A stretch of 64,000 nucleotides of DNA from Candidatus Krumholzibacteriia bacterium (GTDB lineage: Bacteria; Krumholzibacteriota; Krumholzibacteriia; Krumholzibacteriales; Krumholzibacteriaceae): contig CAVYQN010000007.1 of the NCBI GenBank assembly GCA_963770685.1, positions 12,170 through 76,169 on the forward strand. The letters run 5' to 3'. Made by a program: the position numbers and the translations under genes. This document shows positions 40,694 to 50,206 of this stretch, piece after piece. How positions within the stretch are numbered: position 1 is the first letter of the stretch; the number at the start of each line of letters is the position of its first letter. Under the pieces are notes generated by a model, which made no database searches, was not told the DNA's origin, and was given only the letters and a program-made list of their open reading frames with translations.

Positions 40694-41641
40694 TCACCAC
40701 GGCAGCGCCGAGGTATCGACGTTCCCTCCCGATATGATTATGCCGACCTTCTTGCCCTTTACGTTCATGCGGCCCGACAGCACGGCCGCCACGGCGACAG
40801 CCGACGAAGGCTCGATGATGATTTTCATCCTCTCGAAGACGAGGCGCATCGCGGCGATGATCTCATCCTCGGATACCGTGACTATATCCTCGACCTTTTC
40901 CAGGATTATCGACAATGTCAGGGCGCAGAGCGAGGTGCGAAGCCCGTCCGCGACGGTGTCGGGATTGACGGAAGGGACCAGCTTCCCGCTTTTGAAGGAC
41001 CTCAGCGCGTCGTCCGCGTTGCGCGGTTCGCATCCATAGACGGCGCAGCGCCGTCCTTTTGCCGCGGCGGCTATCGATGTCCCGCTCAAAAGCCCTCCGC
41101 CCCCGACCGGGGCCGCGATCGCGTCGAGATCGCCGTGGTCTTCGAGCAGTTCCATCGCGGCCGTCCCCTGCCCGGCCACCACGCGCCTGTCGTCGAACGG
41201 ATGAACGGTCGACGCCCCGGTCTCCGTCAGGACGGAGGCGAGCCCCGTTTCCCTCGCCTCGAGCGTCGGCTCGCAGAAGGTTATCAGCCCGCCGTATCCG
41301 CGCACCGCGGCTATCTTCACCGGCGGCGCGTTCGAAGGCATCACCACATAGGCGGGGATGCCCCGCTTCGCCGCGGCGAGCGAAAGGGCGGCGGCATGGT
41401 TTCCCGAGGAATGCGTCGCGACCCCCTTTTTCGCCTCCTTCTCCGAAAGGGAGAGAACGGCGTTCATCGCCCCTCTCGCCTTGAAGGCCCCGGCCTTCTG
41501 GAAATTCTCGCACTTGAAAAACAGGGAGGCTCCGCTCATCCTGTCCAGCGTGCCGCAGGTGAGGACCGGGGTCCGGTTGATCCACGGCCCGATCCGTTCG
41601 CCGGCCTCCACGATATCGCCAGGTTCTACCTGCAGGCTCAT
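40694..41641 (-). CDS. PLP-dependent serine/threonine dehydratase family protein (serine racemase / threo-3-hydroxyaspartate ammonia-lyase-like)
   Basis: ORF 40694..41680, with the start at M14. The PLP-lysine motif is FFKCENFQKAGAFKARGA, with SSGNHAAALSLAA and the Gly loop APVGGGGLLSG. Confidence 0.8.
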   Translation of the reverse strand: MSLQVEPGDIVEAGERIGPWINRTPVLTCGTLDRMSGASLFFKCENFQKAGAFKARGAMNAVLSLSEKEAKKGVATHSSGNHAAALSLAAAKRGIPAYVVMPSNAPPVKIAAVRGYGGLITFCEPTLEARETGLASVLTETGASTVHPFDDRRVVAGQGTAAMELLEDHGDLDAIAAPVGGGGLLSGTSIAAAAKGRRCAVYGCEPRNADDALRSFKSGKLVPSVNPDTVADGLRTSLCALTLSIILEKVEDIVTVSEDEIIAAMRLVFERMKIIIEPSSAVAVAAVLSGRMNVKGKKVGIIISGGNVDTSALPW

Positions 41642-41871
41642 CGCTCTCCCTCCCTCGTTCTGCCGCGCAACCGCTGACAAGGCTTCGCCGCGGCGCCGCG
41701 TCAGCCTCCGGTTCGATGTACGGCGCTACATTATACACGCGGGGCGTTTCCGTCACCATATGAAAAGGAATCGATCCGCTTGCCTGAAACTCCTTCATGG
41801 AATATAATCCACCCTGCCGCCGCCGGTGTCCGGCGGCTCCGGAACTTAACGTTTGAAATGAGGTGCCTCGG

Positions 41872-42198
41872 ATGGAAAAACAGCCGCATCAGCAGCAGAT
41901 CCAGATACAGCTCGACGAATCGGCAGCGGAGGGAATCTATTCCAATTTCGTGCTGACTGGAAACACGCCTTCGGAGTTCATACTCGATTTCGCGCGCCTT
42001 CTCCCCGGGCTTCCGAAGGCCAAGGTTTTCTCGCGAATCGTCATGACCCCGCAGTCGGCCAAGTCGCTGCATGAGGTTCTCGGGCGCACGATCGAGCAAT
42101 ACGAGAAAACTTTCGGGGAGATAAAGATCAAGAGCGGCAAGACCAATTCCACGATCGGATTTCAGGCGGCCCTCGCCCGAGGATCAGACGGGGAATAA
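41872..42198 (+). CDS. DUF3467-family protein
   Basis: ORF 41863..42198, with ATG at 41872. The motif IYSNFVLTGNTPSEFILDFARLLPGLPKAKVFSRIVMTPQSAK is typical of the family as I remember it. Confidence 0.6.
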   Translation: MEKQPHQQQIQIQLDESAAEGIYSNFVLTGNTPSEFILDFARLLPGLPKAKVFSRIVMTPQSAKSLHEVLGRTIEQYEKTFGEIKIKSGKTNSTIGFQAALARGSDGE

Positions 42199-42214
42199 AT
42201 GACGGGGCGCCGTT

Positions 42215-43129
42215 TCAGCTCACCGTTCGGTCCGCCGGTCTGGTTTTCCACCTCTTGTGAGCCCAGAAATACTGATCCGGATGCAGCCTGACTGCGTCCT
42301 CGAGCGCCTTTACGTGAGCGGCGGTGAGCCGAAGGATCTCCGCCTCTTTCACCGCCCCCGGGTCCGGCTCGATCGGAGGCAGAAAAACCACCTCGTGCGT
42401 TTCATCCTTCCTCCTCACGATATAGCAGAAGAGTATCGGAGCCCCGGAGCGGAGGGAGAACTGCGCGGCCCCCGGAAAGGTGGAGGCCGGCGTTCCGAAG
42501 AAATCGACGAATACGCCGTGGCTTCTCGCGTCCTGGTCCGAGAGAAGAGCCACGACCCGGTTCCTTTTCAGCGAAGAGAATATCCCTCTTATCGCAGCTC
42601 CGCGCCGGATGATCCCGATCCCGGCCTTCCTTCTCAGCCCGTTCATCAAATCGTTCACGAGGCGGTTCGACTGCGCCCCCACGAGAAAATCGGCGGGGAT
42701 GCCGAAGGCGACCGCGGCGGCGCCGAGAAACTCCCAGCTCCCGAAATGGCCGGTGACGATGATGGCTCCCTTCCCCTTTTCGAGGGCGCCGTCAAGGTGG
42801 TGTTTCCCCTTCATCTCGACAAGCCGCATCAGATCGGAGCGGCTGACCTTTCCGAGCGCGGCGAACTCGACCATCGACTTGGCGAAATTGACGTACGATC
42901 GCCTGCCGATCCCCCTTCTCTCGCGCGGGGAATATAAGCCGCCGAACGCGCGTTCCAGGTTGTCGAGCGTGACCCGGCGGCGGATCCTCACCACGTCGAA
43001 GGCGAAGATCCCGAGAACGGCCGACATCTTCACGGAAACTCGGAGCGGCAGGACCGAAGGGAGCCACATGAGGATCCTGACCCCCATCAGCTCGAACCGC
43101 TGCCTCATCCTTTTCGATCGGCTCTTCAT
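42215..43129 (-). CDS. lpxL: Lipid A biosynthesis lauroyl/late acyltransferase (LpxL/HtrB family)
   Basis: ORF 42215..43198, with the start at M24. It has an N-terminal TM helix, the HX4D-type region IIVTGHFGSWEF and the C-terminal PDQYFWAHKRWK. Confidence 0.8.
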   Translation of the reverse strand: MKSRSKRMRQRFELMGVRILMWLPSVLPLRVSVKMSAVLGIFAFDVVRIRRRVTLDNLERAFGGLYSPRERRGIGRRSYVNFAKSMVEFAALGKVSRSDLMRLVEMKGKHHLDGALEKGKGAIIVTGHFGSWEFLGAAAVAFGIPADFLVGAQSNRLVNDLMNGLRRKAGIGIIRRGAAIRGIFSSLKRNRVVALLSDQDARSHGVFVDFFGTPASTFPGAAQFSLRSGAPILFCYIVRRKDETHEVVFLPPIEPDPGAVKEAEILRLTAAHVKALEDAVRLHPDQYFWAHKRWKTRPADRTVS

Positions 43130-43205
43130 CGCGCCTTCCAATCCTTGCGGCCGCCGGCCGGCGGCATCCCGAACGCCTGCGAAGCGAAGCTCCGGCATGC
43201 GGGGG

Positions 43206-44360
43206 CTACAGGAACAGCCTCGCGAGGAGGCTCATCTTTATGTCGATCGCGTTTTCCGGGCAGAGCTCGTGACAACACATGCACTGGACGCACATCTTCT
43301 GCCGCACCTTCATCGCGCCGCCTTCATCGATTATCGCCCCGACCGGGCAGCTGTTCAGGCAGAAGGCGCACCGGGTGCACCTTTCGTTGTCGATCTCCAG
43401 CTTCAGCCATACGAGCGGAGCCACCATCCTCGCCAGCGGTCTCGGTATCAGGCGCAGCCCCCTGTTCGACGGGAGCAAAAATCCCTCGGGTTTGAAGCCG
43501 ACCCCGTCGCCGACCTGCTCGATATCCTCGAGCCTTGCCGTGCCGACGCCCTTCCTGCCGGCGATTCTCGTCGTGGCGATCTGATTCTCTCCGAACCCGG
43601 CCACGTCCGCGGCGACCGCGTCGATCGCCACCGCGTCCGGGCCCGCGAATATCAGCCCCACCTGCCTCGGATTCCCCGAGCTCGGGCCGTTCCCCTCCAT
43701 GGCCAGTATCCCGTCGACGATCGTGAGGGCGGGCCTGATCCTGCCGTAGATCTCCACCAGCATCTCCGAAAATTCCCCCGGTTTCGGATAGAGCTTGTGA
43801 AATTCCGCCTTCCTGAATCCCGGTATGACCCCGAACATGTTCTTCACGCCGCAAGTGAGAAGGGTCAGCGAGTGCGTCTTGAATTTGGCGAGGTTGATCA
43901 CGACGTCCGCTTCGAGGACGCTCTTCGCCACGTGGAGCCTGTATTTGCCGGAACGGATCTCCTCGAAGCCGGAAGCCTCGAAATTCGCCAGTTCCAGCCC
44001 GGCTCTTTCGGCCATCGCGGCCATCCCGGTGTTGTTCCACACCCGCTGGATCCCGCGTATCGCCCCGCCCGGGCTGTCCCCCACGAAGGGAATCGCGCCT
44101 TCCGAACGCACAAGGCCGGCGACCGCCTCTATGAAATTGGGATGCGTCGTGATGGCCCTCGCGGGATCCTTCGCGGAAAGGAGGTTCGGTTTCAGAAGAA
44201 CCCTCTGGCCTTTCCCGACGAATGAACCGATCCCTCCGAACGGTTCGAGAGCGCGCGCGATCGCCCCGGCGAGAACGTCGATATCGTACGAATCGCATCT
44301 GGTGACGCTGACGATCGTTTTTTCGCGGGCCGATCCCGCGTCCTTACCGGTCACCATCAT
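43206..44360 (-). CDS. DUF362 domain protein with a C-terminal 2x[4Fe-4S] ferredoxin domain
   Basis: ORF 43206..44420, with the start at M21. DUF362-like stretches are present (VLLKPNLLSAKDPARAITTHP, ILAMEGNGPSSG), followed by CTRCAFCLNSCP and CVQCMCCHELCP. Confidence 0.7.
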   Translation of the reverse strand: MMVTGKDAGSAREKTIVSVTRCDSYDIDVLAGAIARALEPFGGIGSFVGKGQRVLLKPNLLSAKDPARAITTHPNFIEAVAGLVRSEGAIPFVGDSPGGAIRGIQRVWNNTGMAAMAERAGLELANFEASGFEEIRSGKYRLHVAKSVLEADVVINLAKFKTHSLTLLTCGVKNMFGVIPGFRKAEFHKLYPKPGEFSEMLVEIYGRIRPALTIVDGILAMEGNGPSSGNPRQVGLIFAGPDAVAIDAVAADVAGFGENQIATTRIAGRKGVGTARLEDIEQVGDGVGFKPEGFLLPSNRGLRLIPRPLARMVAPLVWLKLEIDNERCTRCAFCLNSCPVGAIIDEGGAMKVRQKMCVQCMCCHELCPENAIDIKMSLLARLFL

Positions 44361-44386
44361 CCGCCTTTGTTGATTCAACCGCAGGT

Positions 44387-45499
44387 TCAGCCGGCGAGGG
44401 CGAACATCCCCCCGCCGCATGATTCAGCTAGCCCCTTCATCTCGAGGGACAGCAGAACCGGCAGGATTGAGGTCGCCGAAATATGACAGATTTGCACCAG
44501 TTCATCAACATGTTTCGGGTCGGCGCCGAGCGCCGCGAGGACCTCCCTTTCCCCGTCGCTCAGCGATCTTGCCGCCCCGCCGTCCGTTTCGGCCGGACCC
44601 CCCGAACGTCCCTGCGCCAAGGGCAGGATCCCCTGCCGCGGGAGACCCTCGATGATGTCGGCGGCGTTCTCCACGAGGCACGCCCCCTCCCTGATCAGCC
44701 TGTGCGGCCCCCTGCTGCCGGGGTGCTCGACCGGTCCCGGCACGGCGAAGACCTCCCTTCCATGGTCGGCCGCCCACGCCGCCGTTCCCATCGCGCCGCT
44801 GTCCGTATCCGCCTCGACGACGACCACACCGAGCGACAAGCCGCTGAGAATCCTGTTTCTCCGGGGGAAGTTGTGTTTCAAGGGGGGTGTGCCGGGGGGG
44901 AACTCGGACACGACGCACCCGTTCGCCGATATCTCCACGGCGAGGTAAAGGTTTTCCGGCGGATACGGAACATCGACGCCGCACCCGAGGACCGCCGCCG
45001 TTTTCCCGCCCGCGGCAATCGCCCCTTCGTGGGCCATGCTGTCGATCCCCCTCGCCATGCCGCTCACGACCAGGTATCCGGCTCCGGCAAGATCGCCGCC
45101 GATCCTCTTCGCCGCGAGAAGGCCCCTTCTCGCGGCTCTTCTCGAACCGACGACGCAGACCGCAGGCGCGGCGAGGACGGAAGGGTCGCCCCGGTAGAAA
45201 AGAAGGGGCGGAGGCATCGGGATCTCCATGAGAAGCCCCGGGTAGGCGGCGTCTCCGACGCAGATCGCGCCGCACCCGTCCTTTTCGACGAACGCGCGGG
45301 CCAGGTCGAGCGATTCCCTGTCCGGGGGCCCCACCTCGCGGCCGATCATCCTTCCGAGCTCGGAGCGCCCTCCGGCGCTTCGAAGCATCGAGGCGATTTT
45401 CCCCGGATCGACGGCCTCGCAGAGCGAGAGCCACCTACCGGCCCCGATCCCGTTTACCGATAGTATCTCCATCCAGAAAAGAGCGTTTCCGGAACACAT
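44387..45499 (-). CDS. dprA: DNA-processing protein DprA (Smf)
   Basis: ORF 44387..45574, with the probable start at M26. It has a Rossmann-like DprA core (VVGSRRAARRGLLAAKRIGGDLA, VSGMARGIDSMAHEGAI, FPRRNRILSGLS) and a C-terminal winged helix. Confidence 0.85.
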   Translation of the reverse strand: MCSGNALFWMEILSVNGIGAGRWLSLCEAVDPGKIASMLRSAGGRSELGRMIGREVGPPDRESLDLARAFVEKDGCGAICVGDAAYPGLLMEIPMPPPLLFYRGDPSVLAAPAVCVVGSRRAARRGLLAAKRIGGDLAGAGYLVVSGMARGIDSMAHEGAIAAGGKTAAVLGCGVDVPYPPENLYLAVEISANGCVVSEFPPGTPPLKHNFPRRNRILSGLSLGVVVVEADTDSGAMGTAAWAADHGREVFAVPGPVEHPGSRGPHRLIREGACLVENAADIIEGLPRQGILPLAQGRSGGPAETDGGAARSLSDGEREVLAALGADPKHVDELVQICHISATSILPVLLSLEMKGLAESCGGGMFALAG

Positions 45500-45577
45500 C
45501 GCACACCTCCGCACTTCTTCCCGCCGTGTTCCCGCCGCTCCCGGGCAGTTTCCCCGCGGCCCCACCGCCGTCACATT

Positions 45578-46465
45578 CTACAACGCACCGTCCCTGAGGT
45601 CAAAAAGGATTTTTGAATTCACCCAGTAGATATCCCCGTCCCTCGTGAAGAAGAAATACCTCCCGTCCGGGCTGATCGCCGGGTTGTATTCGTAGGCTTT
45701 CGTGTTCACCTTCCAGCCGAGGTTGCGGGCCTTCGACTATGAGCCGTCCCCGTTTCTGAAGACGACATAGAGATCGGCTGCGCCGAACCCGCCGTGCCGA
45801 CCAGCCGGGGAGGCCCTTCGAATTTCCCCGTTCGTGAAACTCGACGCGTATATGTCGCGCCTCCCGCCGCCGCCGTAGTACTCGGCCGCGTGGTAGAGCA
45901 GGCCGTCCACCGACATCGACGGGAAGGCGATGTCGGCCGGCGTGTTCAGCGGGAACTCCGGATTGCGCGGCTCGGTCCATCCGTCTCCTGCACGGTCCAT
46001 CATCCATATGTCGTTCGGCGGGCCGTACCCTTCGGCCGGCCTTTTCGATACGAAGAACATCATGCGGCCGTCGGCGGTTATGAACGGGTCCGCGTCGCTG
46101 TATACGCCTGAAAAAGACGCGACCTCGGGGGCGTTCCAGCCGCCGCCGTCACTTCGCCGGACCGCCATTATCGCCAGTTTCCTGCCGGCGCCCCTCCTCG
46201 TGAAATAGAATTCCCTTCCGTCCGGCGTGAAGGCGGCGTTGAGCTCGATCTTCTCCGTCGACACGATCCCCGAGGCGAAAACGACCGGATCATCTCCGGG
46301 AGGCTTTTCGCCGAGAAAGGCGTTCGGGTCGGCGCCCCCGCTGCCCGTTCCGCCCCCCGATCCGGGGCCGCATGAATTCGCCATTGCCAGCGCCGCCATC
46401 ATGATGACGGCCCGCGCGGCCCCGGCGGGAAATCGCCGTGCGTTGCGGTAATTTCCTTTCGGCAT
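45578..46465 (-). pseudogene. PD40/TolB-like beta-propeller lipoprotein interrupted by one in-frame TAG
   Basis: The start is M68 of ORF 45737..46666 (46465), with lipobox LAMANSC. PD40-like repeats are present (FTPDGREFYFTRR, ITADGRMMFFVS, DLYVVFRNGDGS). TAG at 45739-45737 is followed in the same frame by SKARNLGWKVNTKAYEYNPAISPDGRYFFFTRDGDIYWV, up to TAG 45580-45578. The stop sits where the repeat consensus has Trp (GDGSWS). 888 nt gives 296 codons. Confidence 0.7.
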
Positions 46466-46482
46466 CAAACAGTCCCTTCTCA

Positions 46483-47738
46483 TCAATTCATCCCGAGGCA
46501 CCGCTCGACCTTCGCCTCTATCGTGAAAGGGACCCCTTCGCGTTCGAGCACGAGGGTCCTGATCTCGCCCGGCACGCCCCGGAGCGCGTCGACGACCGCG
46601 CCCATCGTGGCCCCGTTCACCTGACAGATCGCCGACGCGAAGAAGCAGGTCGCCGCGGCTCGACACCCTCGACGAGCGGTTTCCCGTCCTTCACGGCGAC
46701 TCCAAGCACCTCGTAACCTCCATCTTCGAGCGGCCGCAGGGCAAGCCCCACGAGGTCCATGTCGAATCCCCCGGGCCGTGCGCCCCGCTCGAAATATACG
46801 GCCCCGTTCAGCGTAGTCGATTTCCACCCTGAAATCGATGAACGCGTTGGGCCCGAGGAATCCCGCCACCGGGCGCGCCGATTTCATGGAGTAGATCCGG
46901 CCGAGGGTGTACCCGTTCGGGAAGACGTCGGTCACTCCGACGATACCGACCCCGGTCAGGCTCACCGATCCGATCGCGACCTCCGGCAGGCGGAAAAGGG
47001 GAAGCGTCTCCTCCTCGGCGGCCACCATCCCCACATGTTCGCGCAACCTGTCGTGCCCGTGAGGCGCGGCATCCCAGGATGGCGCGCGAAGAGGCGCTCG
47101 AGGGGGCCGGCGTCGGCGAAGGAGTAGGACGCGCCGTTGTCCAGCGCGAAACTCAGGCTGTCCCCGTCGATCACCGCGTCGACCTGAACGATGCCGGTCT
47201 CCGCGATGAACATGCGCCCGGACCATCGTGCCGCGCGGTTCGATGGCGCCGGGCCGGGCTATCGTGAGGCGTTTTTCGGGGTAGTCGAAGACGACATGGT
47301 TCTTCATGAGAACAGTGGAAGGCAGGTTGGCGTCGTTGTGCGTCGCGCTGAAAAGCCAGAACGGCTGTGTCATGACGACCGCTTTCACGCCCGTGAAGTC
47401 GATCGTCATTCCTCCTATGCGGACGCCCGCCGGCGCCGGCACCTCGAAGGCCCCACCTTCGGGGCTCCCCGGTTCCCGCCTTCAGCCCCGGGGAATTCGA
47501 TCCCCAGGTCCCTGGCGAGCGGCTCGCTGATAAAGAACGTCGGATTCCCCGTGTCCACCCAGAGAAGCGCCTTCCTCCAGCTGCCGTCGGCCCGCTGTAT
47601 CTCGGCTTCCACGAGCATCCTGTTGTGGTCGAGGGTGAACGGAACCGTGACGCTGTCCATCCCGGCCTTCCGGCACCCTGCCATCGAGAGCAACACGAAT
47701 ACTGCAAAAGCGATCGGGCAGGCGTATCCTTTTTTCAT
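46483..47738 (-). pseudogene. Retropepsin-like aspartic protease + PDZ domain lipoprotein, carrying about 6 frameshifts
   Basis: Segments stitched across three frames. First, MKKGYACPIAFAVFVLLSMAGC...LLWVDTGNPTFFISEPLARDLGIEFPGAEGGNRGAP. Then EGGAFEVPAPAGVRIGGMTIDFTGVKAVVMTQPFWLF...EPRGTMVRA. Then MFIAETGIVQVDAVIDGDSLSFALDNGASYSF...GCANMWGWWPP. Then EEETLPLFRLPEVAIGSVSLTGVGIVGVTDV...VEIDYA. Then NGAVYFERGARPGGFDMDLVGLALRPLEDGGYEVLGVAVKDGKPLVEGVEP. Then GDLLLRVGDL. Finally QVNGATMGAVVDALRGVPGEIRTLVLEREGVPFTIEAKV. Junctions are at about 47460 (-1), 47214 (+1), 47017 (-1), 46808 (+1), 46655 (+1) and 46624 (+1). 1256 nt minus 2 net gives 418 codons. Confidence 0.7.
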
Positions 47739-47883
47739 CGTTTCCCTTTCCCGGAACCGCCGTCATCCCCTCCGCGGCGCCAATCCGATTTTCACTTTAA
47801 AAATACGGCGGCGCGTGGCCGCGGTCAAGCGGGCGGTCGAAGCTTGCGCGGCGGGCGTTTCACGAACCCTTTCGCGGTGGGCG

Positions 47884-47918
47884 AAAAAAAGATGGAACCG
47901 CGGGGTGCGGTTCCATCT
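47884..47918 (-). terminator. Rho-independent terminator
   Basis: The minus strand reads GATGGAACCGC-ACCCC-GCGGTTCCATC followed by TTTTTTT. This is a perfect 11-bp stem and T7 tract, 63 nt downstream of the stop at 47981. Confidence 0.85.
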
Positions 47919-47980
47919 TAATCAAGTCAGCGTATCGTGCGCGAGGCCGATATCGTGCGCCCGCGCGAAGCGACGCGCGA

Positions 47981-48809
47981 TTATTCCTCGCGGAGCTTCT
48001 TGAGCGATCCCCAGGACGCGGGCTCTTCGGCGGCGGAATTCAATGCCGCCCCGACGTCCCCCGTCGCCATGATGTCGTCCGAATCCTCTTCGCACGGAAG
48101 CTCGTTGTAGGCGCAAAGCGCGTCCTTTATCTCCTCGCCCTCTTCCTTCGCCTCGCCCTTCGGGCGGCTGAACAGCGGATAGATCATAAGGAAGGCGTCC
48201 GCGGCGTCGATGTAGCCGTTGATGCCGTCGTCCGCGCCGTTCAGAACGTTCAGTTTCGCGGCGATCAGGTGGTGCGCGAGGATGACCGTCGCGTCACCGT
48301 GAACCGGCGTGTCGAGGATGACCATAAGCTCGATCCATCGAATACGTGACGCCGCCGAGGGTGAGACTGCTTACCGGCCAGGCTTCCGGATGATTCTTCC
48401 AGTAACCCGGGGTATAGGTGCATCCGCCCGGCTCATCGCAGTCGCAGGTGAAGCTGGTCGTGTAGTAGCGGTTGCCCCATCCTTCGTTGCTGGCGAAGTG
48501 AAGGTGCATGTTGACCGTGTAGTCACCGCACAGTTCCATGTCCCATATGCCGTTGTAATCGAAAGTCGGCCCGGACGGGTAGAGGACGTCGTTACCGGTG
48601 AAGGTGTAAACGGTCGTGGTGCCGGAAAGAAGGGTGACCGTGTAGTCGACGTTCACGTAAGCCGCCGTTCCGAAGTAGAAATGACCGGTGTACGACCAGC
48701 CCGCGCAATCGGCCGTGCAGACCAGCTCGTCGGGATGGGTGGCCCAGGCGCCGGAGGTGAATACTGCAAGAACGAGAAGCATGGCCAATGTATGAATCGC
48801 ATATTTCAT
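47981..48809 (-). CDS. Secreted hypothetical protein with a Cys-rich N-domain and GYWKNH motif, frameshifted in this assembly
   Basis: The start is M29 of ORF 48294..48893 (MKYAIHTLAMLLVLAVFTSGAWA). The body runs through CTYTPGYWKNHPEAWPVSSLTLGGVTYSMD. The ORF 47981..48325 frame continues ELMVILDTPVHGDATVILAHHLIAAKLNVLNG... and ends EEPASWGSLKKLREE. The +1 junction is at about 48322-48335. 829 nt minus 1 gives 276 codons. Confidence 0.6.
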
Positions 48810-49124
48810 AGCCGACCTCAACCTTTCATACGGTGTTGCACGCAGTGATAGCTTATTTATTAGTATCAATTGTACACGAAACGCTGTATTCAATTCAAGG
48901 CAATAATGATGAAAGGATCGGCGGGGGGCGCCCCTCTTCCCCCGATCGCGGGATTCGACCCGATCTGCAGCGCTGGTTCTAATTCATTATATAACAGGCA
49001 TTATATGATTGACATCATCTTTTATCGAGCCCAATCCCATATCGGTTGTCATTTCCGAACCGTATCCACGTAAGATCATCGGATGTTTTCAGGCGCGACA
49101 ATTATGATTACGGGAGGAACAAGG

Positions 49125-50201
49125 ATGTCGAAAAGAATGATCGAACAGTTCATGGAGATGGTCAGGATCGACAGCGAATCGGGCAACGAGGCGGAGATGA
49201 TCGACTACCTCCTCGGAGAGTTCCGTAAAATGGGGGCCGACGCCGTGAAGGACGCCTACGGAAACCTCGTCGCGCGCTTTCCCGCCCTCGGATGCGAAGG
49301 CCGGGAACCGATCCTTCTGTCCTGCCACGCCGATACGGTCATGCCGGGGAAGGGGATCGAGCCGGTTCTCAAAGACGGCGTGATCCGCTCCGCGGGAGAT
49401 ACTATACTCGGCGCCGACGACAAGGCCGGAATCGCCGAGATGCTCGAGGCGCTGAGGGTCGCCGGGGTGCGCCCTCCCGTCGAGGTCGGCATAAGCCGCC
49501 AGGAGGAGGTCGGCCTTCTCGGGGTCAAGAACCTCGACTTCAGCCTTATCACGGCGCGGAAGGGATTCCTCCTCGACAACGACACGCTCGATACGATCGT
49601 CATCGGCGGGCCTTCCTATTTCGCGATCGACGTCGATGTAAAAGGGCGCGCCGCGCACGCCGGGATGGAGCCGGAGAAGGGGATCAACGCGATCCAGGCC
49701 GCGGCGATGGCGATCGCGGCGTTGAAGCTCGGCCGGCTGGATCACGACACGACCGCCAACGTCGGCGTGATAAAGGGGGGCATGATCAGGAACGGAGTGC
49801 CCGATTCGGCCTCCTTCCTCGCCGAATGCAGGAGCCTCGATCACGACAAGGGACAGGCGCTCGCGGACGAGATGGTGCGGACGATCCGCTCCGAGGTGCA
49901 GCGCTACGGAGCCTCCGCCGATATCAGGGTGGACAATCTCTGCAAGGCGGTCGACATCCCGGCCGATTCAGAGACCGTCGAGATCGCGAAAAAGGCCCTC
50001 AAAACGGTCGGCATCGAGGCTAAAACGACCTTCATCACCGGATTCACGGACGCCTCGATCTACAATAACCGGGGAATCGAGATGGCCGTGACGGGTATAG
50101 GCGCCCGCATGGAGCACTCCACGGAAGAGCACATTCTGGTCGAGGATATGGAAAAAGCGGTCAGGGTGATCGTCGAAATATTCAGGCTCTGCTCGAAGTG
50201 A
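49125..50201 (+). CDS. M20-family metallopeptidase (peptidase T / tripeptidase-like)
   Basis: ORF 49083..50201, with ATG 49125 after GGGAGG. Conserved stretches include LLSCHADTV, LGADDKAGIAEMLEAL, SRQEEVGLLG, DVDVKGRAAHAG and EHSTEEHI. Confidence 0.8.
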   Translation: MSKRMIEQFMEMVRIDSESGNEAEMIDYLLGEFRKMGADAVKDAYGNLVARFPALGCEGREPILLSCHADTVMPGKGIEPVLKDGVIRSAGDTILGADDKAGIAEMLEALRVAGVRPPVEVGISRQEEVGLLGVKNLDFSLITARKGFLLDNDTLDTIVIGGPSYFAIDVDVKGRAAHAGMEPEKGINAIQAAAMAIAALKLGRLDHDTTANVGVIKGGMIRNGVPDSASFLAECRSLDHDKGQALADEMVRTIRSEVQRYGASADIRVDNLCKAVDIPADSETVEIAKKALKTVGIEAKTTFITGFTDASIYNNRGIEMAVTGIGARMEHSTEEHILVEDMEKAVRVIVEIFRLCSK

Positions 50202-50206
50202 CCCGG

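Noticed and set aside
38747-45739. Idea that TAG is reassigned to a sense codon (in-frame TAGs at 38747-38749 and 45737-45739).
   Set aside because: TAG clearly terminates well-conserved proteins at their normal C-termini in this window (lysS at 893-895, efp at 18590-18592). Reassignment is therefore unlikely.
49968-50206. C-terminal 80 codons of tracked ORF 49968..51557, overlapping the peptidase gene on the opposite strand.
   Set aside because: This is an artefact of the corA frameshift. The +1 frame gives the expected two TM helices and stops at 50207.
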